DNA of 64,000 bases. Source: an uncultured archaeon. GTDB lineage: Archaea; Iainarchaeota; Iainarchaeia; Iainarchaeales; Iainarchaeaceae. The position numbers and the translations under genes are program-made. Shown one piece after another: positions 39,180 through 49,625 of this stretch. The first letter of the stretch is position 1; each line of letters starts with the position of its first letter. A model generated the notes under the pieces. The model had not been told where the DNA came from. It worked only from the letters and a program-made list of their open reading frames with translations, and did not search any database. Where the stretch lies: positions 4,093 through 68,092 of the forward strand of contig CAZNZM010000006.1 in the NCBI GenBank assembly GCA_964577555.1, read 5' to 3'.

Positions 39180-40441
39180 ATATTAGCGATGAAGAAAAAA
39201 ACTTTCTTAAAAAAATAATTTCCAAAAATCTGGCAAAAAAAACCAAATTTATTCCAGGAAAAAGCCAAGTAAAAGTTGGTTGGCCCATTTTTGGCGAAGA
39301 AGAAATAATTTCGGTTTTTTCATCCATGCTGGAATTGCGCATATCCCAAGGTGAAAAAGTAAAAGAATTTGAATCAATGTATGCTTCAGAAATAGGAGTA
39401 AAAAACGCTATTGCCGTGAATTCAGGTTCTTCGGCAAACCTTCTCGCTATTGATGCTTTACTTCAAAAAGGCATGGTAGAAAAAGGCTCGGAAGTAATCG
39501 TTCCTGCAGCCACTTTTGCAACTGTTGCATCGCCAATTATACAGTTAGGGCTTGTCCCTGTTTTTGTTGATGTTGAATTGGATTCTTATAATATTTCGCC
39601 AGAAGAAATAGAATCTGCAATCAACAAAAAAACCTCAATGGTAATGGCGGTTCATTCACTTGGCAACCCTGCAAAAATGGATAAAATAACAAAAATAGCG
39701 AAAAACAATTCCGTTATTCTTTTTGAAGATTGTTGCGAAAGCCACCATGCTTCAATTTCAGGCAAAATAGTTGGGAGTTTTGGAGATATTTCAACATTAA
39801 GTTTTTTTGTAGCTCACAACATAACCACTGGAGAAGGCGGAATGATTTTTTCCAACGATTCCGAGTTAGCGGAAATTTGTAGGTCAATCAGGGAATTTGG
39901 AAGAAGGCTCAACCAATCGCCAAGGTTTCAATATGTTAATGACAAGCTTGGCGAATATGATGTCAGATACATTTTTGACAGGCTTGGTTACAATTTTCGC
40001 ATGACTGATATTGAAGCTTCAATAGGCATAGAACAATTAAAAAAACTCCCGAAATTCAACAAAGCTAGGATAGAAAACGCAAAATTCTTTTACAATTCGC
40101 TTAGCAACTTGGATTCTTTGCAATTGCCCACAATAGAAAAAAATTCTGTTCACACGTTTTATGGATTTCCAATAATGGTGAAAGAAAAAGCAAATTATTC
40201 ACGCAGGCAACTTGTCGATTTTCTTGAAAAATCAAACATAGAAACCAGGCCATTTATGGGAGGAAACCTCGCAGTACAACCAGCTTTTGTTGGAAAGAAA
40301 ATCAAAGTACATGGCGACTTGAAAAATTCCAAATTGATTTCCAAAAACATGTTTTTCATAGGATGCCACCCAGGAATAGGTGAAGAAGAAAGAGAATACA
40401 TAACTGACAAAATAAAAGAATTTGACTCTAAAAACAAGTAA
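39176..40441 (+). CDS. DegT/DnrJ family PLP/PMP-dependent sugar 3-dehydratase (ColD/E1-like; active-site His replaces Lys)
   Basis: The fold-type I aminotransferase motif reads SFFVAHNITTGEGG where aminotransferases have SFHxxKN. This K-to-H substitution is the hallmark of the 3-dehydratases ColD and E1. Confidence 0.6.
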   Translation: MNISDEEKNFLKKIISKNLAKKTKFIPGKSQVKVGWPIFGEEEIISVFSSMLELRISQGEKVKEFESMYASEIGVKNAIAVNSGSSANLLAIDALLQKGMVEKGSEVIVPAATFATVASPIIQLGLVPVFVDVELDSYNISPEEIESAINKKTSMVMAVHSLGNPAKMDKITKIAKNNSVILFEDCCESHHASISGKIVGSFGDISTLSFFVAHNITTGEGGMIFSNDSELAEICRSIREFGRRLNQSPRFQYVNDKLGEYDVRYIFDRLGYNFRMTDIEASIGIEQLKKLPKFNKARIENAKFFYNSLSNLDSLQLPTIEKNSVHTFYGFPIMVKEKANYSRRQLVDFLEKSNIETRPFMGGNLAVQPAFVGKKIKVHGDLKNSKLISKNMFFIGCHPGIGEEEREYITDKIKEFDSKNK

Positions 40442-40446
40442 CTATT

Positions 40447-41415
40447 TTACTCGTGCTCCAACGCCCACTTTATTGTTTCTTTCAATCCATAATCTATGTT
40501 TGTCTTTGCTTTGAAATTTATCAATCTTTCAGCTTTTTCAGTGTTGCACAATCTTTTCAAGCTTCCTGCGTTTGATTTTTCGTCAAATTCAAAAACAGGG
40601 TTTTTCTCCATTATTTTGGCAATTTTTTTTGCAAGATCAATTATTTTAATGCTTTCCTTGGAACCCAAATTTATTGGATCCGGCTTCGGATAAAGTTCAG
40701 CAATTTTTGCAATGCCCTCAACAAGGTCTTTTACATAAATAAAACTTCTCTCTTGTTGTCCGTTTCCAAAAATCTTGACAGTTTTGTTTTCTTTTATCCT
40801 GTGTATCAAACTCGGTATTACGTGTGATTTTTTAGGATCAAAAACATCTCTTGGCCCATACACGTTGAAAGGCCTGGCAATGCCTATTTTCAATCCAAAT
40901 TCATCAGAATAAGCCTTTGATAAAAGCTCATCAAACCTTTTGCTCCAAGCATAGCCAAACTTGGCTTTGTCAGGTTCGCCAGTGAAACCCAAATTTTCAG
41001 TTAAAGGAAATTCATAATTGTCAGGATAAACACACGCTGAACTAACGATAACAGCTCTTTCAACATCACGTTTTCTTAAAGCCTCAAGAACATTTGAAGT
41101 TATTCTTGTATTAGTCATAAGCATGGTGGCAGGATGTTCAAGATTGTATTGTACTCCGCCAACTATTGCAGCAAGATGAAACACAACATCAGAATTATTC
41201 ACAGCATTAATTGCTGATTTTTCATCCAAAAGATCCGCTTCAACCAACTCTATCTTTCCTTCAGACAAAATATTTTTATCCAAATTGATTTTTTTTGTAT
41301 TCTTGGCAGTTACTTTGACTTTTGCGCCTTTATTCAAAATATGTTCTGCCAAATGGCTTCCTATAAAACCAGCTCCCCCTGTAATAAGCACTTTTTTGTT
41401 TTTCCAGAACTCCAT
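40447..41415 (-). CDS. extended-SDR GDP-L-fucose-synthase-like 3,5-epimerase/4-reductase
   Basis: VLITGGAGFIGSHL. The SSACVYP and YAWSK motifs match the Fcl/GMER/ColC type. Confidence 0.65.
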   Translation of the reverse strand: MEFWKNKKVLITGGAGFIGSHLAEHILNKGAKVKVTAKNTKKINLDKNILSEGKIELVEADLLDEKSAINAVNNSDVVFHLAAIVGGVQYNLEHPATMLMTNTRITSNVLEALRKRDVERAVIVSSACVYPDNYEFPLTENLGFTGEPDKAKFGYAWSKRFDELLSKAYSDEFGLKIGIARPFNVYGPRDVFDPKKSHVIPSLIHRIKENKTVKIFGNGQQERSFIYVKDLVEGIAKIAELYPKPDPINLGSKESIKIIDLAKKIAKIMEKNPVFEFDEKSNAGSLKRLCNTEKAERLINFKAKTNIDYGLKETIKWALEHE

Positions 41416-41495
41416 GTTAGCAATATTATCTGGCCAAAAATAAAAACATTAGCATATTGCAAAATTCTGTTGCTTTTTAATAATAAGCTTATAAA

Positions 41496-42668
41496 TTGGA
41501 TAAGAATTATTTGTTTTTAATGGAGCCTTTAGTCACTTTAGTTGGAACCATGCCGCCAATAAAAGGCATAAGCGATTATTGCATAGAACAAATAAAATCT
41601 CTTTCAAATTTTGTTTCCCTTGAATTTTACGGTTTCAAAAGTATTTATCCAGAATATTTTTATCCAGGCGGCAAAACCAAAGAATATGACAAAACCTTTT
41701 CATTGGAAAAACCGAAAAATGTTGAAATAAAAAATTTTTTAGCATGGTACAACCCTATTTCATGGATTTTTGTTGGTTTAACATCAAAAGGCAAAATATT
41801 GCATTTTCATTGGTGGACTTTTTGGTTGTTTCCAGTTTTCTTTACAATATCAGCAATTTCCAAGTTGAGGGGCAAAAAAATCGTATGCACAGTCCACAAT
41901 GTTGTGGGACACGAATCAGGATTGATTGACAAATTATTTTCAATGATAATTTATTTAATTCCAGACAAAATAATAGTTCACACCAAAGCCAATCAAAAAC
42001 AACTTGAAAACACTTTCCATGTTGGCAATAAAAAAATCAATGTTATCCCCCATGGCATATACGAGTTTTATCGTGATGCCGAAATGACAAAATCAAAGGC
42101 AAGAAAAATGCTTGGCATTCCAAAAAAATCTAAAGTAATTTTGATGTTCGGCAACCTCAGGCCTTATAAAGGAATTGATGACCTTATTTTAGCTTTTAAA
42201 AAGGCAAGAAAAATTGTCCCAAATATTTTTTTAGTTATTGCAGGAAAACCGTGGACAAAGCAAATAAACGATTATATTATTCAAGAACTTAGCGATTGCT
42301 CTTCCTGTCTTCTAAAGTTGGACTATGTCCCATCTTCGGAAATAAAAAAATATTTTTTTGCATCAGACGTAGTTGTTCTTCCTTACAAGGATTTTGCCGC
42401 ACAAAGCGGACCAGGAAACATAGCTTTAGCCTTTCAAAAACCCATTATAGTTTCTGATACCGGCGGACTTGTAGAACTCGTGCTCGACAAAAGAGCAGTT
42501 TTTTCCAGTGGAAATTCCAATGACTTGGCTAATAAAATTTCAAGCATTATTTCAGACGAAAAACTCCTTAAAAAACTAGAAAAAGACTCTGCATTGCTAA
42601 GTGAAAAATATTCTTGGACATCAATTGCAAAGCTTACCTTGAAGGTTTATAATGAATTGGTTGAATAA
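41496..42668 (+). CDS. GT4 (group 1) glycosyltransferase
   Basis: Two-Rossmann GT-B layout. C-terminal domain ...LVIAGKPW...VVVLPY...E... 390 aa. Confidence 0.65.
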   Translation: MDKNYLFLMEPLVTLVGTMPPIKGISDYCIEQIKSLSNFVSLEFYGFKSIYPEYFYPGGKTKEYDKTFSLEKPKNVEIKNFLAWYNPISWIFVGLTSKGKILHFHWWTFWLFPVFFTISAISKLRGKKIVCTVHNVVGHESGLIDKLFSMIIYLIPDKIIVHTKANQKQLENTFHVGNKKINVIPHGIYEFYRDAEMTKSKARKMLGIPKKSKVILMFGNLRPYKGIDDLILAFKKARKIVPNIFLVIAGKPWTKQINDYIIQELSDCSSCLLKLDYVPSSEIKKYFFASDVVVLPYKDFAAQSGPGNIALAFQKPIIVSDTGGLVELVLDKRAVFSSGNSNDLANKISSIISDEKLLKKLEKDSALLSEKYSWTSIAKLTLKVYNELVE

Positions 42669-42676
42669 ATTTTTTT

Positions 42677-43705
42677 ATGGGTTTTTTAATTCATTCTAGG
42701 GCGCCTGTACGAATCAGTTTTGCAGGCGGCGGAACCGATGTATCGCCATATCCTGAAGAAAGAGGCGGTTGCGTACTAAGTGCAACCATAAACAAGTATT
42801 CATTTACTTCGCTTCGCTTCACAAATTCAAAAAAAATAAGCCTTGCTGAAACCAATAATAATTCCCTGATGCTTGAATCAATAGAAGATGCAGTCCTTGA
42901 CGGAAATTTTGACCTTGCAAAAACAGTCATAATGGAAATGAATCCAAAAACAGGTTTGGAATTGTTTTTCAGAAACGATGTTCCGCCTCGCAGCGGCCTT
43001 GGATCTTCGGCAGCAGCTTTCGTTTCTATAATAGGCGCATTCAACCTTGCTTTCGGCAAAAAACTTTCAAAACACGAAATAGCCCAACTAGCTTTTGAAA
43101 TAGAAAGAAACAGGCTTGGCGTGAAAGGCGGCAAACAAGATCAATTTGCGTCATCATATGGCGGCCTCAACTTTATCGAATTTATAGGAAAAAATGTTAA
43201 GGTTTCAAGCATGAATATTTCAAAATCAACATTATTAGAGCTTGAAAAAAATCTTTTGCTGGTTTTTGTTGGCGAAAGAAAAATGAACGGAACCGACATA
43301 ATATCTGACCAAGTGAATTCTTTTGTTTCAGGAAATAAACAAGTTTCGGATGCTTTGGATTCTGCAAAAAGCATTGCCATTGATATGAAAAACGCCCTCA
43401 AAAAAGGCGATTTAGAACAATTTGGAAAACTATTGGACAAAGGCTGGGTTGAAAAGAAAAAATACAGCAAAAACATTTCAAATCCATTTATTGACAAAAT
43501 ATACTCAACTGCAATCAGCGCAGGTGCAATAGGCGGCAAGTTGACAGGCGCAGGCGGAGGCGGTTATATGGTGTTTTATTGTTATCCGGACAAAGAAATT
43601 AATGTTAAAGACAAGCTTGTTGAAATAGGCGTTAATCCAATTAATTTTTCATTTGACTTTGAAGGAGTACAAGCTTGGAAGATAAAGGTAGATAAAAATG
43701 ATTAA
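42677..43705 (+). CDS. hddA: GHMP kinase, D-glycero-D-manno-heptose 7-phosphate kinase-like
   Basis: RAPVRISFAGGGTDVSPYPEERGGCVLSATINKY and PPRSGLGSSAAAFVSIIGA are GHMP motifs and match the HddA family closely. Confidence 0.75.
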   Translation: MGFLIHSRAPVRISFAGGGTDVSPYPEERGGCVLSATINKYSFTSLRFTNSKKISLAETNNNSLMLESIEDAVLDGNFDLAKTVIMEMNPKTGLELFFRNDVPPRSGLGSSAAAFVSIIGAFNLAFGKKLSKHEIAQLAFEIERNRLGVKGGKQDQFASSYGGLNFIEFIGKNVKVSSMNISKSTLLELEKNLLLVFVGERKMNGTDIISDQVNSFVSGNKQVSDALDSAKSIAIDMKNALKKGDLEQFGKLLDKGWVEKKKYSKNISNPFIDKIYSTAISAGAIGGKLTGAGGGGYMVFYCYPDKEINVKDKLVEIGVNPINFSFDFEGVQAWKIKVDKND

Positions 43706-44285
43706 TTCTGACAAAGCCATGAAAATAATAGAAAACAATTTTTCCGAACACCAAAAAGTATTGGCCGATTCACTTAATTTATCGCCAATAATAGTTAAAA
43801 CAGCCCAAAAAATATTGGATTGCATTAAAAATGGAGGAAAAATTTTGATTTGCGGCAACGGAGGAAGCGCTGCAGACTCTAACCATCTTGCCGCAGAATT
43901 CATTAACAAGTATTTGATAAACAGGTTGCCTCTTCCAGCAATTTCGCTTACATCAAATCAATCAAACCTGACCTCAATAGGAAACGACTATTCTTTTGAC
44001 TTGGTTTTCAGCAAACAGGTTGATGCACTTGGAAAATCAGGAGACATACTTATCGCGATCAGCACTTCTGGTTTGTCAAAAAATATTTTAGAAGCAATAA
44101 AATCAGCAAAGAAAAAATCAATGTTCTCTATTATTTTCACAGGAAATAAAACAACAGAAGCTTCAAAAATAAGCGATTTGGCAATACATGTGCCTTCCCA
44201 ATCCACGCCAAGAATACAGGAAATTCATCTTTTGATTTACCATTGCATTTGTGAAATAGTTGAGAGGGAATTGTTTGAAAAATAA
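43698..44285 (+). CDS. gmhA: phosphoheptose isomerase (SIS domain)
   Basis: KILICGNGGSAADSNHLAAEF...SFD...ISTSG are SIS/GmhA signatures. Overlaps hddA by 8 nt. Confidence 0.8.
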   Translation: MINSDKAMKIIENNFSEHQKVLADSLNLSPIIVKTAQKILDCIKNGGKILICGNGGSAADSNHLAAEFINKYLINRLPLPAISLTSNQSNLTSIGNDYSFDLVFSKQVDALGKSGDILIAISTSGLSKNILEAIKSAKKKSMFSIIFTGNKTTEASKISDLAIHVPSQSTPRIQEIHLLIYHCICEIVERELFEK

Positions 44286-44829
44286 AGCCATATTTTTGGA
44301 CAGAGATGGAGTAATAATCAAGGATGCAGGGCATTTGAACAAAAAATCTCAAGTGAGGCTTATAAGAGGAGTTTCCAAAGCCATAAAGTTGCTCAACAAA
44401 CATTATCTTGTAATAGTAATTTCAAACCAATCGGTTGTAGCAAGAGGCATGGCAACAATCAGCGAAGTTCAAGAAATAAACCAATACATTTTGGGTTTAT
44501 TATCCAAAAAAGGTGCAAAAATAGATGCTGTTTATTTTTGCCCGCATCACCCTGATTTTACAGGCAAGTGCAATTGCCGAAAGCCGGAAACAGGTTTATT
44601 CAAGCAAGCTGAAAAAGATTTCAAAATATCAATGGATGGTAGTTATATGATTGGCGACAAGCTAATAGACATAGAGGCTGGAAAAAAAGCAGGTTGTAAA
44701 ACAATTTTAGTTAATAATACACTTGGCAACACTGAAAACACTGAAAATAATATTAATATTCTTCAAAAACCGGATTTTGAATGCGCCAATCTTCTAGATG
44801 CTGTCAAAATAATATTGTCCAATAATTAG
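44260..44829 (+). CDS. gmhB: D,D-heptose 1,7-bisphosphate phosphatase (HAD-IIIA)
   Basis: AIFLDRDGVII is HAD motif I. The CxHxxxxxC Zn-binding element (CPHHPDFTGKCNC) is typical of GmhB. Overlaps gmhA. Confidence 0.75.
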   Translation: MRGNCLKNKAIFLDRDGVIIKDAGHLNKKSQVRLIRGVSKAIKLLNKHYLVIVISNQSVVARGMATISEVQEINQYILGLLSKKGAKIDAVYFCPHHPDFTGKCNCRKPETGLFKQAEKDFKISMDGSYMIGDKLIDIEAGKKAGCKTILVNNTLGNTENTENNINILQKPDFECANLLDAVKIILSNN

Positions 44830-44930
44830 GATTATTAAATTCCTACTCTCCAAAACCAAATTTTTGCATTATTAAGCGTACCAAACCATTTATATGCCAA
44901 AAAATAATATTTTAATTATCGAGTGGTTTC

Positions 44931-46472
44931 ATGGATTTTTTCCAAAAACATGCTTTTGTACTAGGCATATTTATTTACATAATCATATTCATTGCCTTTT
45001 TTCCAAAAATTTATTCTTCAATAGATGAACACACTATTCTTAAAAATGCCATTCTAATCAAATCAGGCAAAATTGCAGAACCAACTCCTGAACTTGCTTG
45101 CAGATCAAGTTTATTATCAGACAAAGGATATTTAGGAGCACAATTCATCGGACGTTCGATTGCTATATTGCCATTTTCTTATTTTGACTTGAATGCTGTC
45201 ATGTTGTCAGGCTTGCTGATACACCTAATTAACGCTTTTATAATATATTTCATTCTTCGCAAGCTTTCAATTAATCCGAATTTTGCTTTGCTCTATCTTT
45301 TCTTTCCGGTAATGCTTTGGGAAAGCAGAACTCTTTATAGCGAGATTTTTGTTTTAACGTTTTTCTTGGCAGGCTTCTACTTTTATATTAATAATGAAAA
45401 ATTTTCAAAAAATTCAACAAAATTTGAAAATAACGAAACTTTTGCCAAAAATTTACTCAAAAAAATAAACAAGCTTTCTGATTTCATTGCAGGCGCTTTT
45501 TTTGGCTTGGCAATATTTGTGAGATATGACGCTTTAATAGGGATTATTGCATTTTCCATTCCGCTTTTAATTTATGAAAAACAGCGTTTTATAAAAATTT
45601 TTTCCGGCTTTATTCCTATATTCTCTATTTTTCTTTTATTCAATTACTTTGTATATGGCAACATATTAGGAACTGGTTACGGATCCGGCATAGCCATTGC
45701 AACTTCAATTATCCAAAAATTTTCAATTAATTGGCTCATAAATTTTTTTATTTACTCCGCAATACTGCTAATAATTTTTCCAGGCATGTTATTGTCACCA
45801 TATTTTATGAAAGACAAAAAGTTTTTGCTGCAATTTATTTTATTGTCTTTGGGTTATCTTGCAATGAACAGCCGTTTTACAGACTTTTTATCCTTTGACT
45901 TCTCAATTCAAACGCTTTTCACTGGCAGGCTAAGATACCTTGTTCCATTAATAGGAATGCTATTAATACCTTATTCTGGAATGATTGACGCTCTCATTAA
46001 CAAATTCAAAATAAACAAAAACAATGCAATTGGTGTTGCAATTTTATTAATGTCCGCAGGCGCAATTTTTGCTTCAGCCCAGCACAACAATTTTATTGAT
46101 TCAAGATATTTTATCTATGAACAAATAAATTCGTTAATTCCATCAGATTCTTTAATTGTAGGCAGTTCCGACGACTGCATTTATTCAATTTCAAAAAACC
46201 TTGAAAGAAGAAAATACTTGAACGTTATTCCAAAACTTGACCTTGGCTTTAATTCACCAGTTTCCCTTGATTCTTATATCAACTCTTCAACCTATTTTTT
46301 GGATATTAATTACAATAATTTGAAATTTAAAACAGGGTTGCGCCAAAGAGTGATAGTTGCGGAAAGAAAGGCAATGTCAGATTTTATAAATTCCAACAAA
46401 GAAAAGTTAGAACTTGTTTTTGAAACTTCTCAACCAAACGATTTCAAAATTTACAAATGGAAAGGCGATTGA
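44931..46472 (+). CDS. GT-C-fold-like polytopic membrane protein
   Basis: 513 aa with more than 10 TM helices. C-terminal ...NDFKIYKWKGD shares the KIYKV-type ending with AglB and the 34122..35744 protein. Confidence 0.45.
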   Translation: MDFFQKHAFVLGIFIYIIIFIAFFPKIYSSIDEHTILKNAILIKSGKIAEPTPELACRSSLLSDKGYLGAQFIGRSIAILPFSYFDLNAVMLSGLLIHLINAFIIYFILRKLSINPNFALLYLFFPVMLWESRTLYSEIFVLTFFLAGFYFYINNEKFSKNSTKFENNETFAKNLLKKINKLSDFIAGAFFGLAIFVRYDALIGIIAFSIPLLIYEKQRFIKIFSGFIPIFSIFLLFNYFVYGNILGTGYGSGIAIATSIIQKFSINWLINFFIYSAILLIIFPGMLLSPYFMKDKKFLLQFILLSLGYLAMNSRFTDFLSFDFSIQTLFTGRLRYLVPLIGMLLIPYSGMIDALINKFKINKNNAIGVAILLMSAGAIFASAQHNNFIDSRYFIYEQINSLIPSDSLIVGSSDDCIYSISKNLERRKYLNVIPKLDLGFNSPVSLDSYINSSTYFLDINYNNLKFKTGLRQRVIVAERKAMSDFINSNKEKLELVFETSQPNDFKIYKWKGD

Positions 46473-47474
46473 ATGAAACCAATTGTGTCAGTTGTAATAG
46501 TAAGCAGGGAAAAAATCGATTCCCTTTTCAAGACTATTGAGGGCCTTGCAAACCAATCTTTGCCGAAATCAAAATTTGAAGTCATAATAGTTGACGACGG
46601 CTCGGAAAAACAAGACCTCTCATTGCTTGCAAAAAAATTCAAAAACAGGTTTTCCTCAATCAGAGTAATAAGGCAAGATAAATGCGGCCTTGCAGCTGGC
46701 AGAAACCTTGGAGTAAAAGAAGCCAAATCAAAAATAATCGCTTTTACCGACAATGATTGCCTTCCGGAAAAAAACTGGCTTGCAAATCTTCTTTCCAAAT
46801 TCAATGACCCACAAGTTGCAGGTGTTGAGGGAAAAATAATTACAGATTATCCGAAAAGATTATTCACAAGCGCTCCGGAAAACATTGGAGGAGGATTGTT
46901 CACCGGAGCAAACACCGCTTATAAAAAAGAAATAATCCAAAAAGCTGGTTATTACGACGAAAAAATGGCTTTTTGGCGCGAAGATTCTGAATTTGCATTC
47001 AGGGCAATGAAGTTCGGAAAAATAGTTTTTGCAAGCGATGCAATAGTTTATCACCCGCTCAGAAAAGATTCCATGTCAAATTCTTTTCGTTATTTGTTCT
47101 TTTTGAGAAACGACTTTTTTTGTATTTTAAGACACCCTAAACAATCATTTTTCATTTTAGCCAATCTTGCAAAAGAATTTTTTAAATCATTACTGGCAAT
47201 TTTGTTTTTTGCAACATCCCTTTACATTTATTTACTGTTTGGCTTTGCACAAGCAGTTGCGTTTTTTTTAATTGGTTTATTGGCAGGGTTTTCCATTTTT
47301 GTCTTTTTATTAACTGCTTCCAAAAAATATCAACTTCGATTTTCAGAAGTATTCAAACTAATATTGTTTTTTCTAATCTCTTTTACAAAATATCTTGCGT
47401 TTCCCGTTTTTTTCTTTTTTGGATTTTTTGATGCAATTTCATTAATGTTTTTTGGAGGGAGATTTTACAAATGA
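46473..47474 (+). CDS. GT2 glycosyltransferase with C-terminal multi-TM region
   Basis: VSVVIVSREK...IIVDDGSE...DND. About 100 aa of C-terminal TM helices. Confidence 0.75.
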   Translation: MKPIVSVVIVSREKIDSLFKTIEGLANQSLPKSKFEVIIVDDGSEKQDLSLLAKKFKNRFSSIRVIRQDKCGLAAGRNLGVKEAKSKIIAFTDNDCLPEKNWLANLLSKFNDPQVAGVEGKIITDYPKRLFTSAPENIGGGLFTGANTAYKKEIIQKAGYYDEKMAFWREDSEFAFRAMKFGKIVFASDAIVYHPLRKDSMSNSFRYLFFLRNDFFCILRHPKQSFFILANLAKEFFKSLLAILFFATSLYIYLLFGFAQAVAFFLIGLLAGFSIFVFLLTASKKYQLRFSEVFKLILFFLISFTKYLAFPVFFFFGFFDAISLMFFGGRFYK

Positions 47475-48475
47475 AGCTTTTTTTATCCCACACAAATTAT
47501 TCGGAAGTTATGGGCGGAGTAGAAGTATATTCAAGTTTCATGAAACGCGTTTTTTCAGACATAAATTTTTTGGATTACCATTCATTAAAATCTGATTTAG
47601 GCAACTCCGTTAACCCTTTTTTTCGCGAGCCTGAAAGAGCTAAAAAGCTTGGGGAATTTGTTGAAAAAAATTTTTCCGACGTTGAAATTATTTTTACAAA
47701 TGGAATGTTTTGCTGGAACATTAAAAGAATTCCGCAAATAAATATTTGCCACGGCACTTACAAGGCTTTTGCAGAAGCCGCGGTTTCAAAGTTTAATCCT
47801 GATTATTATAGGCTAAGTTATATATACTCTTATTTTGAAAAAATTGCCGCGGTTAATTCCTCAAAAATCGTTGCCAATTCTTCAATGACTGCAAAAAATG
47901 TTTCAAAATTTTTCGGACGCAAAGCCGAAATAATATATCCGCCTGTAGATCTTGAAGTTTTTTCCATCAAACCCAAAGAATTTGCAAAAAAAAAGCTTGG
48001 CTGGCAAGGAACAAATGCATTGTTTGTAGGCAGACCAGAAAGAGCCAAAGGGTTTCATTTTATTGAAGACCTAGCCAAGAAAAACCCACAAATAGAATTC
48101 CGATGCATACTTTCAAGGAAATACTGTACTACAACACCTAATATTTCAGTTTACCAAAACGTGCCTCACTCAAAATTGCCTGTTTTTTATAATGCATGCG
48201 ACGTAGTTTTGTTTCCTTCCTTGTTTGAAGGATGCGGTTTAGTCACTTTAGAAGCACTTTCATTGAACAAAAAAATCGTTTGCCTTAAAACAGGAATAGC
48301 ATTGGAAATTGATTCAGACAACTTGGTAATTTCTCAGCCTTCTATTGATTCGCTCAACGAAAATCTTCAAAATTCCTTAAACTCCAGCAATTCAAATTCA
48401 AGGAAAATAATTAAATCAAAGTTTTCTTTTCAAAAATTCAAAAAGGAGTGGAAAAATGCAGTCAATTCAAGATAA
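47471..48475 (+). CDS. GT4 glycosyltransferase
   Basis: GT-B C-terminal motif ...LFVGRPERAKGF...VVLFPSLFEGCGLVTLEALS. Coupled (4-nt overlap) to the upstream GT2. Confidence 0.65.
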   Translation: MKLFLSHTNYSEVMGGVEVYSSFMKRVFSDINFLDYHSLKSDLGNSVNPFFREPERAKKLGEFVEKNFSDVEIIFTNGMFCWNIKRIPQINICHGTYKAFAEAAVSKFNPDYYRLSYIYSYFEKIAAVNSSKIVANSSMTAKNVSKFFGRKAEIIYPPVDLEVFSIKPKEFAKKKLGWQGTNALFVGRPERAKGFHFIEDLAKKNPQIEFRCILSRKYCTTTPNISVYQNVPHSKLPVFYNACDVVLFPSLFEGCGLVTLEALSLNKKIVCLKTGIALEIDSDNLVISQPSIDSLNENLQNSLNSSNSNSRKIIKSKFSFQKFKKEWKNAVNSR

Positions 48476-49625
48476 AATAGTTTTAATAGTTACTCCTTAT
48501 GCAGAACCTGAAAAAGGAGCCTGCACATTAAGAGTTAATTTCTTTAAGGATGTTTTAGAAAGACAAGGTTGCCAAGTTTTAGTGCTGGCTCCTTACAGAA
48601 AATCTGTTAGTGAAGTAGAAGGAGTTTTAAGGTATAAATCCAAATTCGATTTGGTTTCAAAGATGCTGTCAATTTTCAACAGCCGCAAAGCAAAATTTTT
48701 TGTTATAGGTGTTTCCCCACCTTTATTTACCAACTTGTTTGTAATGATTGCCTCAAAGCTCGGAAAAGCCAAATTCATTCTAGACGCAAAAGACGACGGG
48801 CAATACTATAAAAAAAATTCTTTAGGAATATTAAAATCACTAAAAAGACTAGTTTATTTAACAACAAGAAGAGTTGTTTACAAGAATGCTGATAGCCTCA
48901 TGTTTCTTTCTAATTCAGATTTAAAAGAAGCAAAGGAAAACTATTCTATTCCAATTCATAAAATGCATATTGTAATGAACGGCACAAACACAATGAAAAT
49001 TTTTTCAGACAAAGTTGCAAGAGCACGCATAAGAAAAAAATTCAGGATTCCCCAAAATTCCATAGTGCTTATTTATGCTGGAAGCCTTGGAGACGAAGAA
49101 ATTTCAGATTTTATTGTTGAATGTTCAAACACTATAAAGTCTTCAAAAGCCAAACTATTAATGGTTGTCGCACATGAAAATTCTCTACAAGGAGATTATG
49201 AAATTAAATCCCTTAAGTCAATTATAAAATCACAAGGCTTGGAAAAAGACGCTTTTATTTTTGAAAATATTCCATATGAAGAATTGAACAAATATTTGTC
49301 CGCTTCAGATATTGGAGTGCTTCCTTGGCCAGAAAACCTTATTACAAGCATTCCAGTAAAAATATTCGATTATGCTTCAGCAAGCCTTGCCATTGTCGCC
49401 AAAGCCCCACTCAATTCTGAAGCGTCAAACTTCATTCACAATAATAATTTGGGTTTTGCTGTTTCCGATTGGCAAAACTTCAAAAAAGCAATTGTTTTTC
49501 TTATAAAAAACAAATCAATGCTTGAGAAAATAAAACTGGAAAACAGGATTCAAGCTGAAAAATATTTTGACCGCTACAACCAAAAAAAATTTTTATTATC
49601 AGCGGTTTTCGGAGATTCATTTTGA
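48456..49625 (+). CDS. GT4-like glycosyltransferase
   Basis: 389-aa GT-B-like architecture (...LIYAGSLGDEE...IGVLPW...). Overlaps the previous GT4. Confidence 0.6.
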   Translation: MQSIQDKIVLIVTPYAEPEKGACTLRVNFFKDVLERQGCQVLVLAPYRKSVSEVEGVLRYKSKFDLVSKMLSIFNSRKAKFFVIGVSPPLFTNLFVMIASKLGKAKFILDAKDDGQYYKKNSLGILKSLKRLVYLTTRRVVYKNADSLMFLSNSDLKEAKENYSIPIHKMHIVMNGTNTMKIFSDKVARARIRKKFRIPQNSIVLIYAGSLGDEEISDFIVECSNTIKSSKAKLLMVVAHENSLQGDYEIKSLKSIIKSQGLEKDAFIFENIPYEELNKYLSASDIGVLPWPENLITSIPVKIFDYASASLAIVAKAPLNSEASNFIHNNNLGFAVSDWQNFKKAIVFLIKNKSMLEKIKLENRIQAEKYFDRYNQKKFLLSAVFGDSF

